Positions 17,695-29,899 are shown, numbered from the stretch's first letter. The stretch is 64,000 nt of DNA from Gemmatimonadaceae bacterium (GCA_045804285.1 JBJMNL010000240.1:5821-69820); one strand, 5' to 3'. Translations and numbers: made by a program. The notes: generated by a model from the letters alone, not told the origin.

Positions 17695-19043
17695 TCAGGG
17701 CGCGCCAGCGCCAGCGCCGGCCGCGACCGCGGTCGCGGCGGTCGCGGCGGCGGCGGCGGTGCGGTGAACGACGCGGCCGTCGACGACGGTGTACAGCACC
17801 CGGCCGGTGAGCCGCTGCCCCGCCCAGGGCGAGTTGCGCCCCTTCGACACGAAGCGCGCCGGGTCCACCGTCCACTCGCGCGTCGGGTCGAACACGGTGA
17901 CGTCCGCGGGCGCGCCGCGACGCAGCGTGCCGCCGGGCAGCTTGAAGACGCGCGCCGGCGCGACCGCCATCCTCTCGACGAGCGCCGCGTAGTCGAGGAT
18001 GCCGGGCTTCACGAGCGAGGTGACGAGGACGGCGAGCGCCGTCTCGAGCCCCACGATCCCGTTCGGCGCGTCGGCGAACTCGCGCTCCTTCTCGTCGTAG
18101 TGGTGCGGCGCGTGGTCCGTCGCGACGACGTCGATCGTCCCGTCGCGCACCCCCTCGCGCAGCGCCTCGACGTCCGCCGCCGTGCGCAGCGGGGGATTCA
18201 TCTTCGCGTTGGTGTCGTACCCTTCGACGGCGTCCTCCGTGAGCGCGAGGTGATGCGGGCACACCTCGGCGGTCACGTCGATCCCCCGATCCTTCCCCCA
18301 CCGGATGAGCTCCACCGACCCCCGCGTGCTCATGTGGCAGAGGTGGACGTGCCCGCCGGTGCGGCGGGCGAGGAGGATGTCGCGGATCGCCATGATCTCC
18401 TCGGCCTCGCTCGGGATCCCCTTGAGGCCCAGGCGCGCCGAGACGAGCCCCTCGTTCATCGCCCCGCCGCGCGCGAGCGTCGGCTCCTCGCAGTGATCGG
18501 CGACCGGGATGCCGAACGTCCGCGCGTACTCGAGCGCCGTGCGCATGAGCTGCGCCGAGACCACTGGCTTCCCGTCGTCGCTCACCGCGACCGCGCCGGC
18601 CGCCACCATCTCGCCGAACTCGGCCAGCGCCTCCCCCTTCTGGCCCACGGAGATCGCGCCGATCGGGTAGACGCGCGCCGAAGCCGCGCGCTGCGCCTGG
18701 CGGATGATGAAGCCGACCGCCGCCTGGTTGTCGGTGACCGGGTCGGTGTTCGGCATCGCGCAGACGGCGGTGAAGCCCCCCGCCGCCGCCGCGCGCGCAC
18801 CGGAGGCGATCGTCTCGACGTCCTCGCGCCCGGGCTCCCGCAGGTGGCAGTGGATGTCGATGAAGCCGGGCGAGACGACGAGTCCCGCGCAGTCGATCAC
18901 CTCCGCGCCGTCCGGCGCCGAGACGCCGCCGGCCGCCGCCCGCTCGACGCGGCCGTCGACGAGCAGCACGTCCCCGGTCGCGTCGAGCCGCTGCGAGGGG
19001 TCGAGGACGCGGCCGCCGGCGAGCAGGATCGGTCGCGTCGCCA

Positions 19044-19044
<1 letters not shown>
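17695..19044 (-). CDS. pyrC: Dihydroorotase
   Basis: Start MATRPILLAGGRVLDP at 19044 (TGATG overlap with the pyrB stop). Motifs read FIDIHCHLREPG, HVHLCHMST and VATDHAPH. Confidence 0.95.
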
Positions 19045-20002
<958 letters not shown>

Positions 20003-20006
<4 letters not shown>

Positions 20007-20557
20007 GCCTCGCCCTTGCCGGCCGGAACGACGATCACCGCGTCGCGCCCGTCGAGCTCCTCGACCAGCACGTCCACGCGCTGGTCGGGGGCCACGTCGA
20101 CCTTCTTGCCGACGACGTCGGCGTGGATCGGCAGCTCGCGCCCGCCGCGGTCGACGAGCACCGCCAGCGCGATCCGCGCCGGCCGGCCGAAGTCGGCGAG
20201 CTCGTCGAGCGCCGCCCGCACCGTCCGCCCCGTGTAGAGCACGTCGTCCACGATCACCACGCACATCCCGTCGAGCTCCCAGGGCAGGTCGGTGGGGCCC
20301 ACGACGGGGCGCGGGCCGACCGTCTGCAGGTCGTCGCGGTAGAGCGTGATGTCGAGCGCGCCGCGGGGGACGTCCACCCCCTCGCGCTCCCGGATCGTGG
20401 CGGCGATCCGCGCCGCGAGCTGCACGCCGCGCCGCTGGATCCCGACGATCACGAGCCCCTCGGTCCCGTCGTTGTGCTCGAGGATCTCGTCGGCCATCCG
20501 CTTGAGCGTCCGGTCGACGGCGCGGGCGTCGAGGACGGTGGTATGGTTCGATGCCAT
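20003..20557 (-). CDS. pyrR: Bifunctional pyr operon regulator / uracil phosphoribosyltransferase PyrR
   Basis: [25 protein letters not shown] .. [18 protein letters not shown] (PRPP-binding motif). Confidence 0.9.
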
Positions 20558-20642
20558 GCGCGCCAATATGCCGGACCGGCGGCGCAAAGAGAAGCCGGGC
20601 GCCGCCCGGGCCGGACCCGCGCCACCGGACCGCCGAACGCGC

Positions 20643-21371
20643 TTACGGGCCGGCGCCGCGCAGGCGCGCCGCGACGCGGAGCACCGCCGGATCGGGGGGC
20701 GCCCCCAGCTCCGCCGCGAGCAGCGCCGAGTGAAAGCGCGCGTGCTGCAGCGCCCCCGCGGGGTCGCCGTCGGCTTCGAGCGCTTCCATGAGGCGAACGG
20801 CGATGCGCGCGTTGAGCGGCTCGCGCTCGGCGAGCCGGCGCCAGCACTCCACGGCCTCGCCGAACCTGTCGTGCGCCGCGTGCCGCTCGGCGAGCCACTC
20901 GAGCGCCCGCTCGTAGGCGTGGCCGAGCTCCCCCCGGCGGTGGTCGAGCCACCGCTCGAACCCCGACGCCTGCGGCACGTAGAAGCCGTCGAGAAAGTCG
21001 CCGCGGTACAGCGCGAGCGCGGCGGCGTCGAAGTCGCGCTCGCGGACCGCCTCCTCGAAGGCGACGGCGTCGGACGAGCAGCGCGCGGGGTCGAGCGCGA
21101 CCTCGTCGCTGCCGCGCGTCACGATGACGTCGGCTCCCAGGCCGCCGCGCAGCGTGTGGAGCGCCTGACGAAGGGCGCCGCGCGCGTGGGCCGCGTCGAG
21201 CTCGGGCCAGAAGAGGGCCATCAGCTTGTCCCGGCGGTGGAAGCCCCGAGGAAGCGCCGCGGCGAGGTAGGCGAGCAGCGCCAGCCGCTTCGTGTGCGCC
21301 AGCACCTCGGCGAAGCTGTGCTCACCGGTCCGACTCAGATCGACGGCGCCGAGCGTCCGGAAGCGGATCAA
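20643..21371 (-). CDS. SARP-family transcriptional activator (winged helix + BTAD domain)
   Basis: TTG start at 21371. Motifs read RFRTLGAVDL, KRLALLAYLA, LMALFWPE and LYRGDFLDGF, followed by a BTAD-like helical C-terminus. Confidence 0.75.
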   Translation of the reverse strand: MIRFRTLGAVDLSRTGEHSFAEVLAHTKRLALLAYLAAALPRGFHRRDKLMALFWPELDAAHARGALRQALHTLRGGLGADVIVTRGSDEVALDPARCSSDAVAFEEAVRERDFDAAALALYRGDFLDGFYVPQASGFERWLDHRRGELGHAYERALEWLAERHAAHDRFGEAVECWRRLAEREPLNARIAVRLMEALEADGDPAGALQHARFHSALLAAELGAPPDPAVLRVAARLRGAGP

Positions 21372-21398
21372 GGCGCAACTCCGCGACGAGAGAAGCGA

Positions 21399-21427
21399 TG
21401 ACGCCGCGGTGACGCCCTCGTAACGGC
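21399..21427 (+). promoter_or_regulatory. Three heptamer direct repeats at 11-bp spacing (candidate SARP box)
   Basis: TGACGCC gcgg TGACGCC ctcg TAACGGC, in the divergent region between the SARP gene and ORF 21553. Confidence 0.4.
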
Positions 21428-21552
21428 GGCATCACGCACGGCTGCGACATTAGTCCAAGCCTACGCACCGTCCCGGTGGGTGACAAGCGCGGCAGCGGCG
21501 CCGACGACGGCTCGAGGAACGCGGCCGAGAAACTCTTGCAGAGGTTCGCGCG

Positions 21553-22143
21553 ATGTACAGCTTCCCCCCTCGACACTCGCTCAGCGGCGTCACCCTTGCG
21601 GCCGCCCTCGCTACCGTCGGCGCGGCCGCCCCGGCCCGCGCCCAGCACCAGCTCGACCCGGTGCACGTCGTCGGCCGGCAGGCCGCGAAGGCGAACGCGC
21701 TCCACGAGGCCGCCGTCGCCGCGAACACCGACCCACGCCACTATCGCAAGGTCGCCGACATGCACCTCCACTCGGCGTACCTGCGCACGGCCGCCGACGC
21801 GCAGGCTCCAGCCTGTCTGTCGCTCGCCGGCAACCTGCTCTACTTCGCGGGGGACCTCGACGCGGCGCAGCGCGCGCTGGAAGAGTCCGCCGACCGCTCG
21901 GAGACGCGCGGCGACGTCGCCGCGAGCGCCAACGCCCTGATCGACGCCGGACTCGTCGCGCGCGCCCGCCGGCAGGGCGCCGATGCGGAAGCGCTGGGCG
22001 CGCGCGCCGAGAAGCTCGCGGCCTCCCCCCTCATGACTGCAGAGCAGCGCACCGCGATCACCCGCCGCCTCGAGCGCGCCTCGGCGGCCCGCACGGCGGA
22101 CGCCTCGGACGCGCTGCTGCGCGCCGCGATGCGCGAGCGCTGA
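21553..22143 (+). CDS. Secreted hypothetical protein (helical, TPR-like)
   Basis: 196 aa with signal peptide ..AALATVGAAAPARAQ. It is the only long ORF in an otherwise empty stretch and is followed by a strong palindrome. I recognise no family. Confidence 0.55.
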   Translation: MYSFPPRHSLSGVTLAAALATVGAAAPARAQHQLDPVHVVGRQAAKANALHEAAVAANTDPRHYRKVADMHLHSAYLRTAADAQAPACLSLAGNLLYFAGDLDAAQRALEESADRSETRGDVAASANALIDAGLVARARRQGADAEALGARAEKLAASPLMTAEQRTAITRRLERASAARTADASDALLRAAMRER

Positions 22144-22190
22144 GGGCGAGCGCTGAGGGCGCGCGCCGAGGAGCGGCGCGCGGTGCAGAC

Positions 22191-22244
22191 GCACGCCAGA
22201 CGCCCCGCAGCGCGGTCGACCGCGCTGCGGGGCGTCTGGCGTGC
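22191..22244. terminator. Perfect 54-nt palindrome between ORF 21553 (+) and tRNA-Ser (-)
   Basis: GCACGCCAGACGCCCCGCAGCGCGGTC / GACCGCGCTGCGGGGCGTCTGGCGTGC. The 27-nt arms are exact reverse complements, checked base by base. Confidence 0.6.
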
Positions 22245-22256
22245 ATCGGACCTGCA

Positions 22257-22343
22257 CGGACGGGGTGGGATTCGAACCCACGGTACGCTTTCACGTACAC
22301 ACACTTTCCAGGCGTGCGCCTTAAACCACTCGGCCACCCGTCC
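22257..22343 (-). tRNA. tRNA-Ser (anticodon GGA)
   Basis: 87 nt. Acceptor GGACGGG/CCCGTCC, anticodon stem-loop CACGC-CTGGAAA-GTGTG, long variable arm and T arm GTGGGTTCGAATCCCAC. CCA is not encoded. Confidence 0.9.
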
Positions 22344-22361
22344 AGACCACTGTGGAAACGA

Positions 22362-22405
22362 CTAGTGATTAGCGCTCAGTGGAACCACTGATGGCTAATC
22401 ACTAG
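22362..22405 (-). repeat. AT-richer 21-bp-stem hairpin in the spacer between the two tRNA-Ser genes
   Basis: CTAGTGATTAGCGCTCAGTGG aa CCACTGATGGCTAATCACTAG with one 2x2 internal mismatch. The arms parse as three heptamers NNAGYGN. Confidence 0.75.
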
Positions 22406-22416
22406 GCGAGGTAGAG

Positions 22417-22503
22417 CGGACAGGGTGAGATTCGAACTCACGATACCGTTGCCGGTATGCCGGTTTTCGAGACCGGTGCCTTCAACCACTCGGCCACCTG
22501 TCC
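22417..22503 (-). tRNA. tRNA-Ser (anticodon CGA)
   Basis: 87 nt. Acceptor GGACAGG/CCTGTCC, anticodon stem-loop CCGGT-CTCGAAA-ACCGG, long variable arm and T arm GTGAGTTCGAATCTCAC. Confidence 0.9.
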
Positions 22504-22528
22504 TGCGACTTTCCAACAGTCGTCAAAA

Positions 22529-23059
22529 TTAGCCGGACGGCTCGGGCATGTCAACGCGTTGCGCCCGCCTCTCGACGAAGAAGCGGCGCAGCAGCTCCCC
22601 GCACTCCTCGGCGAGCACGCCGCCGCGCACCGCCGGCCGGTGATTCAGCCGCGGGTGGCGGAGCAGGTCCCCGACCGAGCCGGCCATGCCCGCCTTGTCG
22701 TCCCACGCGCCGAACACCACGCGGTCGACGCGCGCCAGCACGAGCGCCCCGGCGCACATCGCGCACGGCTCGAGGGTGACGTAGAGCGTGCAGCCGGCGA
22801 GCCGCCAGGAGCCCAGCGCGGCGGCCGCCGCGCGCACCGCCAGGCACTCCGCGTGCGCGGTCGGGTCCTGATCGCGCACGGTGCGATTCGCCCCCGTGGC
22901 CAGGAGTCGGCCGTCGCGCACGATCACCGCGCCCACCGGCACGTCCCCACCCTCCACGGCGCTCGCCGCCCCGCGGAGCGCGACGCGCATCCACTCGGCG
23001 TCGGGCGCGCCACCGGCGCCGCCGGCGGCGCCGGTGGCGCTGACATCCAGCGTCGTCAT
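22529..23059 (-). CDS. tadA: tRNA-specific adenosine deaminase
   Basis: Deaminase zinc motifs HAECLAV and TLEPCAMCAGAL. It sits immediately upstream (same strand) of the tRNA genes. Confidence 0.9.
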   Translation of the reverse strand: MTTLDVSATGAAGGAGGAPDAEWMRVALRGAASAVEGGDVPVGAVIVRDGRLLATGANRTVRDQDPTAHAECLAVRAAAAALGSWRLAGCTLYVTLEPCAMCAGALVLARVDRVVFGAWDDKAGMAGSVGDLLRHPRLNHRPAVRGGVLAEECGELLRRFFVERRAQRVDMPEPSG

Positions 23060-23129
23060 GGCGGAGAGTTAACCGCGCGAGGGCGGCGGCGGCAACGGCG
23101 GCGCGCCGCCGTCACCCTCCCGTCCCGCG

Positions 23130-25742
<2,613 letters not shown>

Positions 25743-25900
25743 GAGTCTCGTGTCTGTCTGTGGGAACGGCGCGGCGGCGAGCGCCCGCCGCCCGCCGTGG
25801 ATCGCGTTCTCCTGGCCACCCCGGAGGCTGGCAAGGCGGGTGCCGGTCACCCCCGCCGGAATGACACGCTCGACGCCCGCGACCCGTCAGGGTGGCGCGC

Positions 25901-26650
25901 TCACTCCCGCCCGCGCGCCGACGCGGCCGACCGGGTCCGGAGCGCCGAGTCCGCCTCCGCCGCCAGCTCCGCCACCACCGTCGCCGCCAGCGCCGAGAGG
26001 GTGCGGACGACGGCGTTCATCGTCGGCTCGGCCACGGCGCTCTCGCGGCGCACGGAGCCGGTCCACAGCACCGAGTCGTCGCCGGTGCGGAGGATGGCGG
26101 CGTCGACCCGCACCGCCGCCGAGAGCGCGCGGCCGCGGTTCACCTCCTCGAACTCCCGCACCGTGCCGCGCCACACGTAGCCCTGGCCGCGCAGCGAGGG
26201 CGGGTTGAAGATCGCCGCGCCCGTGGTGAGCGGGGCGCGCCGCAGCACGTCCTCGGTCAGGACGCCGAGCATCTGCCCGAGCGGGATCGCCCACTCGCGC
26301 GTCGGGTAGGCGCCGTACTCCGTCTCCCCCACCCGGTACACGATCGACGGCTCGCCGTACACCCCCGGCGTCTAGTATGGCGCGATGGCGAGCGCGCCGG
26401 CGGCGAGCGCCGGCGCGCTCGGCGGCCGCGGGTCGGCCGCGGCGGCCGAATCGGGGACCGAGAGGCGGTAGAGCTCGCGCGGCGGCAGCGTGCCGCGGAT
26501 GCAGCCGAGCGGCGCGACGGCCGCCGCGAGCAGGAGGGCGAGTCGCGCGGCGAGGCGCGCGGCGAGGCGCGCGGCGCGGCGCGGAGGGTGCGGGTGCCGG
26601 CTGGAGGCGTGGTCGGTCACTGTCGGTCGCGGGAGGTCGCCGAGGCGCAT
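25901..26650 (-). pseudogene. PqiC-like (ABC-transport auxiliary, DUF330-type) lipoprotein interrupted by an in-frame TAG
   Basis: ORFs 26372..26650 (lipobox ..AVAPLGC) and 25901..26362 are in the same frame. Read through, the sequence is ..LAIAPY * TPGVYGEPSIVYRV.., with TAG = CTA at 26372-26374 on the + strand. It is the last gene of the Mla-like operon. Confidence 0.6.
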
Positions 26651-26655
26651 CGCGG

Positions 26656-27564
26656 TCAGTCGCGGAGGGCGGGACCGGCGGTCTTCTTCGGGAGCACCCG
26701 TCGCTTCAGGACGCTCGTCGGGTCGCGCTCGAGGCGCGTCGAGAGGCGGGCGAGGTTGTCGGTGGCGACGGACAGGTTGCGCATCAGCTGGTCCACGCCA
26801 CCCCCCTGCTGCAGCGCGGTCCGCACGTCGGCGACGAGGGCGCGCGTGTCGCGCAGCGTCGCGAGCGCCTCGCGCTGGGTCGTCCCGACGGCGGGCCCGG
26901 CGGCCTTCACGCTCGAGTCGAGCGTCGCGATCAGTTGGTCGGTGTGCTCGAGGACGCGCGAGACCCTCACGCTCGCCGTGTCGAGGCGGGAGACCACGCG
27001 CTCGGTGTTGCGGCTGGTGTTGGCGACGAGCTGGTCGAAGCGCGTGAGCGTCCGGTCGAGACGCCCCCAGGGGTCGGTGGCGGCGAAGCGCTGCACCCCC
27101 GCGAAGAGGGTGTCGCTGTGCTCGAAGAAGCGCGCGAGCTGCGTCATCGCTTCCTGGAAGCTGAGGTTCTCGTCGGTCCGCAGCGTGCCGCCGACGGGGA
27201 GCGGCGCCGCGGTCGGCGAGCCGGGACGCAGGTTGAGGTAGGGCTCGCCGAGCAGGCCGACCTGCGTGATCGAGGCGCGGGTGTCGACGCGGACGGGGGC
27301 GCGGTGTCGCACCCGGAAGTGCACGACGAGGCGGGTCGGGTCGAGCGAGTCGAGGTCGATCGAGGTCACGGAGCCGACGGGAAGTCCGCCGTAGCGCACC
27401 TCGTCGCCGGGGTTGAGGCCGGCGACGCTGGCGAAGACGGCGCGGTACTCGCGCCCCCGCGCGAACAGCGCCGGGTTCCGCGCGTACGCGACGAGTGCGG
27501 CGAGGACGAGGATGGTGGCGCCGAGGAAGGCGGCGATACCGAGCCGCGGGTCGTCGTGCCTCAC
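26656..27564 (-). CDS. MlaD/MCE-domain protein
   Basis: N-terminal TM segment followed by an MCE domain (YRAVFASVAGLNPGDEVRYGGLPVGSVTSIDLD .. ASITQVGLLGEPYLNL) and a helical C-terminus. Confidence 0.85.
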   Translation of the reverse strand: MRHDDPRLGIAAFLGATILVLAALVAYARNPALFARGREYRAVFASVAGLNPGDEVRYGGLPVGSVTSIDLDSLDPTRLVVHFRVRHRAPVRVDTRASITQVGLLGEPYLNLRPGSPTAAPLPVGGTLRTDENLSFQEAMTQLARFFEHSDTLFAGVQRFAATDPWGRLDRTLTRFDQLVANTSRNTERVVSRLDTASVRVSRVLEHTDQLIATLDSSVKAAGPAVGTTQREALATLRDTRALVADVRTALQQGGGVDQLMRNLSVATDNLARLSTRLERDPTSVLKRRVLPKKTAGPALRD

Positions 27565-27636
27565 GAGGTCTCTCTCACTGGAGTGTCTGGCCGGCGCGTC
27601 CGGCGTCTGCCGCGGCGGCGGCTCGCGCGCGCGTTC

Positions 27637-28404
27637 TCACGCCTGCTCGCGCACGCGCCGCTTGAGCAGCCGTCGGATGACCTCGTGGTCGCTCTCGAGC
27701 AGCGACTCGCGCGTCCCCTGCTCCACCACCGCGCCGTCGGCCATCACGCTGATCTGCTCGGCGCGGCCGTAGGCGTGCCGCACCTCGTGCGAGAAGATCA
27801 TCAGCGCGAAGCCCCCGGCGTCCTGCAGCCGTCCCACCGTCTCGTCGAGCTCGTGCGCCGAGTGGGAGTCGAGGCCGTGGGTCGGCTCGTCGAGGAGGAG
27901 CAGCGGCGGGCGCAGCGCCATCGCGCGGGCGAGGGCGACGCGCCGGCGCTCGAGCCGGCCGAGCTGGAGGGGGGTGATCGACTCGTCCACCACGAGGCCG
28001 GCCTCCACGAGCAGCTCGTGGGCGGCCTCGCGCGCCTCGGCGGCGGTCGCGTCGGTGTGCTCGAGCAGCGGCAGCTCGACGTTCTCGAGCACGCTCAGGC
28101 GCGTGAACAGCGCCGAGCCCTCGAACACGACGCCGATGCGCGTGCGCATCCGCCGCCACACGCGCTCCGGCTCTCCCGTCGCGCGGAAGACGTCGCCGTC
28201 GACCGTGATGGTCCCGCGCTCGGCCGGCTCGAGCCCGACGATGTGGCGCATCACCTGCGACTTGCCGCTGTGGATCGGGCCGAGCACGAGGTGCGTGCGG
28301 CCGCGCTCGACGGCGAGGTTCACGTCGCGGACGACGGGCGCCCCCGCGGGGCCCGTCAGGTCGCGCACGTCGAGCGCGGCGGGGCGGGACGGAGGCGCGG
28401 GCAC
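27637..28404 (-). CDS. MlaF-like ABC ATPase with degenerate Q-loop and signature motif
   Basis: Walker A GPIHSGKS, Walker B LLLLDEPT and H-loop FSHE are intact. The Q-loop reads VFEGSALF, and LQLGRLERRRVALARA replaces LSGG(Q/M)xxRVxxARA. Confidence 0.8.
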   Translation of the reverse strand: MPAPPSRPAALDVRDLTGPAGAPVVRDVNLAVERGRTHLVLGPIHSGKSQVMRHIVGLEPAERGTITVDGDVFRATGEPERVWRRMRTRIGVVFEGSALFTRLSVLENVELPLLEHTDATAAEAREAAHELLVEAGLVVDESITPLQLGRLERRRVALARAMALRPPLLLLDEPTHGLDSHSAHELDETVGRLQDAGGFALMIFSHEVRHAYGRAEQISVMADGAVVEQGTRESLLESDHEVIRRLLKRRVREQA

Positions 28405-28407
28405 GCG

Positions 28408-29280
28408 TCAGACCACCAGGCCGGGAATGAAGTAGAACACGGCGTTGACGAGCGTGTCGGCGCCGAGCACGCCGATCATGCAGTAGACGACCGCGCGCGT
28501 GGCGGCGGCGCCGATCGAGGTCACGTGGCGCTCGACGCTCAGCCCCTCGTCGGCGGCGACGATGGCGATGATCAGGGCGAAGGCGACGGCCTTCCCGAGC
28601 CCGATCACGATGTCCCGCACGAGCAGCGCGCTCCCGAACTGGTCCATGAAGACGCCGGAGCTGAAGCCGAGGAACAGCGTGGAGCCGAGCCAGCCGCCGC
28701 CCATGATCATCGCGTCGCTCAGGATGGTGAGCGCGGGGAGGGCGATGAGCAGCGCGGCGAGCTTCGGCGCCACGAGATACTTCACCGGGTCGAGCCCCAT
28801 GGCGCGCAGCGCGTCGAGCTCGGCGTTCGCGGCCATCGAGGCGAGCTCGCCGGCGATCGCGGCGGCGCTCCGCGCCACGACGAGCAGCGCGGCGACGAGC
28901 GGTCCGAGCTCGCGCGCCGCGAACCAGCCGATCGTACGCGCGCTCATCGCCTCCGCGCCGTACTGCTTGAGCTGGTAGGCGACCTGGAACGTCGCGATGA
29001 GCCCGACGAGCAGCGACGCGCTCAGGATGAGCCGGAGGGCGCCGAGCCCGAGCCCCTCCATCTCGCGCTGCACGCCGGAGCTGACGCTGGCGCGACGGGA
29101 GAAGACGAACCAGGCCAGCCAGTACCCTGCACCCAGCGCGAGGCGGCCGCGTCCGATGAAGCGGCCGCCCCCCTCGCCGACGGCGGGGCGCGGGACGACG
29201 TCGGCGCTCGCCGCCGGGTAGCTCCCGGTGCTCGTCGGCACCCCGGAGCTGCCGCCGGGGAGCGACCGCGAGAGCCCCAT
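28408..29280 (-). CDS. MlaE-like ABC permease
   Basis: Start MGLSRSLP at 29280. Motifs typical of MlaE/YrbE read ARELGPLVAALLVVARSAAAIAGELASMAANAELDALRAMG. Confidence 0.85.
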   Translation of the reverse strand: MGLSRSLPGGSSGVPTSTGSYPAASADVVPRPAVGEGGGRFIGRGRLALGAGYWLAWFVFSRRASVSSGVQREMEGLGLGALRLILSASLLVGLIATFQVAYQLKQYGAEAMSARTIGWFAARELGPLVAALLVVARSAAAIAGELASMAANAELDALRAMGLDPVKYLVAPKLAALLIALPALTILSDAMIMGGGWLGSTLFLGFSSGVFMDQFGSALLVRDIVIGLGKAVAFALIIAIVAADEGLSVERHVTSIGAAATRAVVYCMIGVLGADTLVNAVFYFIPGLVV

Positions 29281-29369
29281 CAACGCATCCCCGCCGCGCA
29301 CGCGCGGGCGGCGGCCGGCGCGGGGCGGCGCTTGACGCGCGCGGCGCCCCCCGATAGCCTTGCCCCCCC

Positions 29370-29744
29370 ATGCGACCACGACTGCGCCTGATTCATGCGA
29401 CGCTGGCTCTCGGTATCGGTGTGACGGCGTGCGGAGGGCACGAGATCGCGGACGGGGTGACCGACTCGACCTTCGTGGCGACGATGGCGGAGCTGCGCCG
29501 GGTGGACGCAAAGGTCGCGCTCGACAGCGCGGCGAAAGCGTCGCAGCGCGCCGCGGTGTTGCAAAGACGAGGCCTCACGGCGGCTCAGCTCGAACACGCG
29601 GCCGGCGCGCTCGCCGACGACCCGGAGCGCGCCGGCGTCCTGTTCGCGCGGATCGACTCGGTGACCGCGCGGCCCGACAGCGCCGATGCCGCGCCGGCCG
29701 ACCGGCGCCGGCCGGCCGGCGCGGCGAAGATCCCCGCGCCCTAG
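29370..29744 (+). CDS. Small hypothetical lipoprotein
   Basis: 124 aa with lipobox LGIGVTAC. It is divergent from the Mla-like operon and followed by a hairpin. Confidence 0.5.
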   Translation: MRPRLRLIHATLALGIGVTACGGHEIADGVTDSTFVATMAELRRVDAKVALDSAAKASQRAAVLQRRGLTAAQLEHAAGALADDPERAGVLFARIDSVTARPDSADAAPADRRRPAGAAKIPAP

Positions 29745-29838
29745 CGTCGCGTCCGCGTCGCCTCCCGCCGTTGACGACGAGCGAGCGCGCCCGCCGAAAC
29801 GCGGCGCGCGACGCGGCGGCCGCACGCCCCGGAAACGC

Positions 29839-29867
29839 GCAACGCCCCGGCGGTGCCGGGGCGTTGC
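29839..29867. terminator. Hairpin between convergent genes 29370(+) and 29900(-)
   Basis: GCAACGCCCCGG cggtg CCGGGGCGTTGC (12-bp stem). Confidence 0.55.
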
Positions 29868-29899
29868 ACAGCGTCGCGGAGCGATCAGACGCCCCGCGC

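Noticed and set aside
20558-20642. PyrR-binding attenuator in the pyrR leader (string CAAAGAGAAGCC resembling the CCAGAGAGG loop)
   Set aside because: The resemblance is weak and lies on the + strand, the wrong strand for the minus-strand pyrR transcript. The leader is also only 85 nt long.
21840-22337. ORFs 21840..22337, 22058..22300 and 22183..22365 across the tRNA region
   Set aside because: They are translations of tRNA-Ser and the 54-nt palindrome (for example MAEWFKAHAWK from the tRNA body) and are not coding.
22144-22528. Integration hotspot or genomic island at the tandem tRNA-Ser genes
   Set aside because: There is no integrase, no direct repeat of a tRNA 3' end and no compositional island. 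The flanking genes (tadA, a hypothetical gene, the SARP gene) have the same GC-rich character as the rest of the window.
25743-25900. Heat-shock (sigma32-type or CIRCE) promoter upstream of clpB
   Set aside because: I saw CTTGCCAG and a nearby TGGCCAGG but no convincing -10 box or CIRCE palindrome (TTAGCACTC-N9-GAGTGCTAA). The evidence is too weak to annotate.
26372-26374. The amber codon as pyrrolysine or programmed recoding
   Set aside because: There are no pyl genes or a suppressor tRNA in the window, and the lineage is not one where I expect Pyl. A nonsense mutation, a sequencing error or re-initiation at the nearby GTG is more parsimonious. It is kept as a finding only in that sense.
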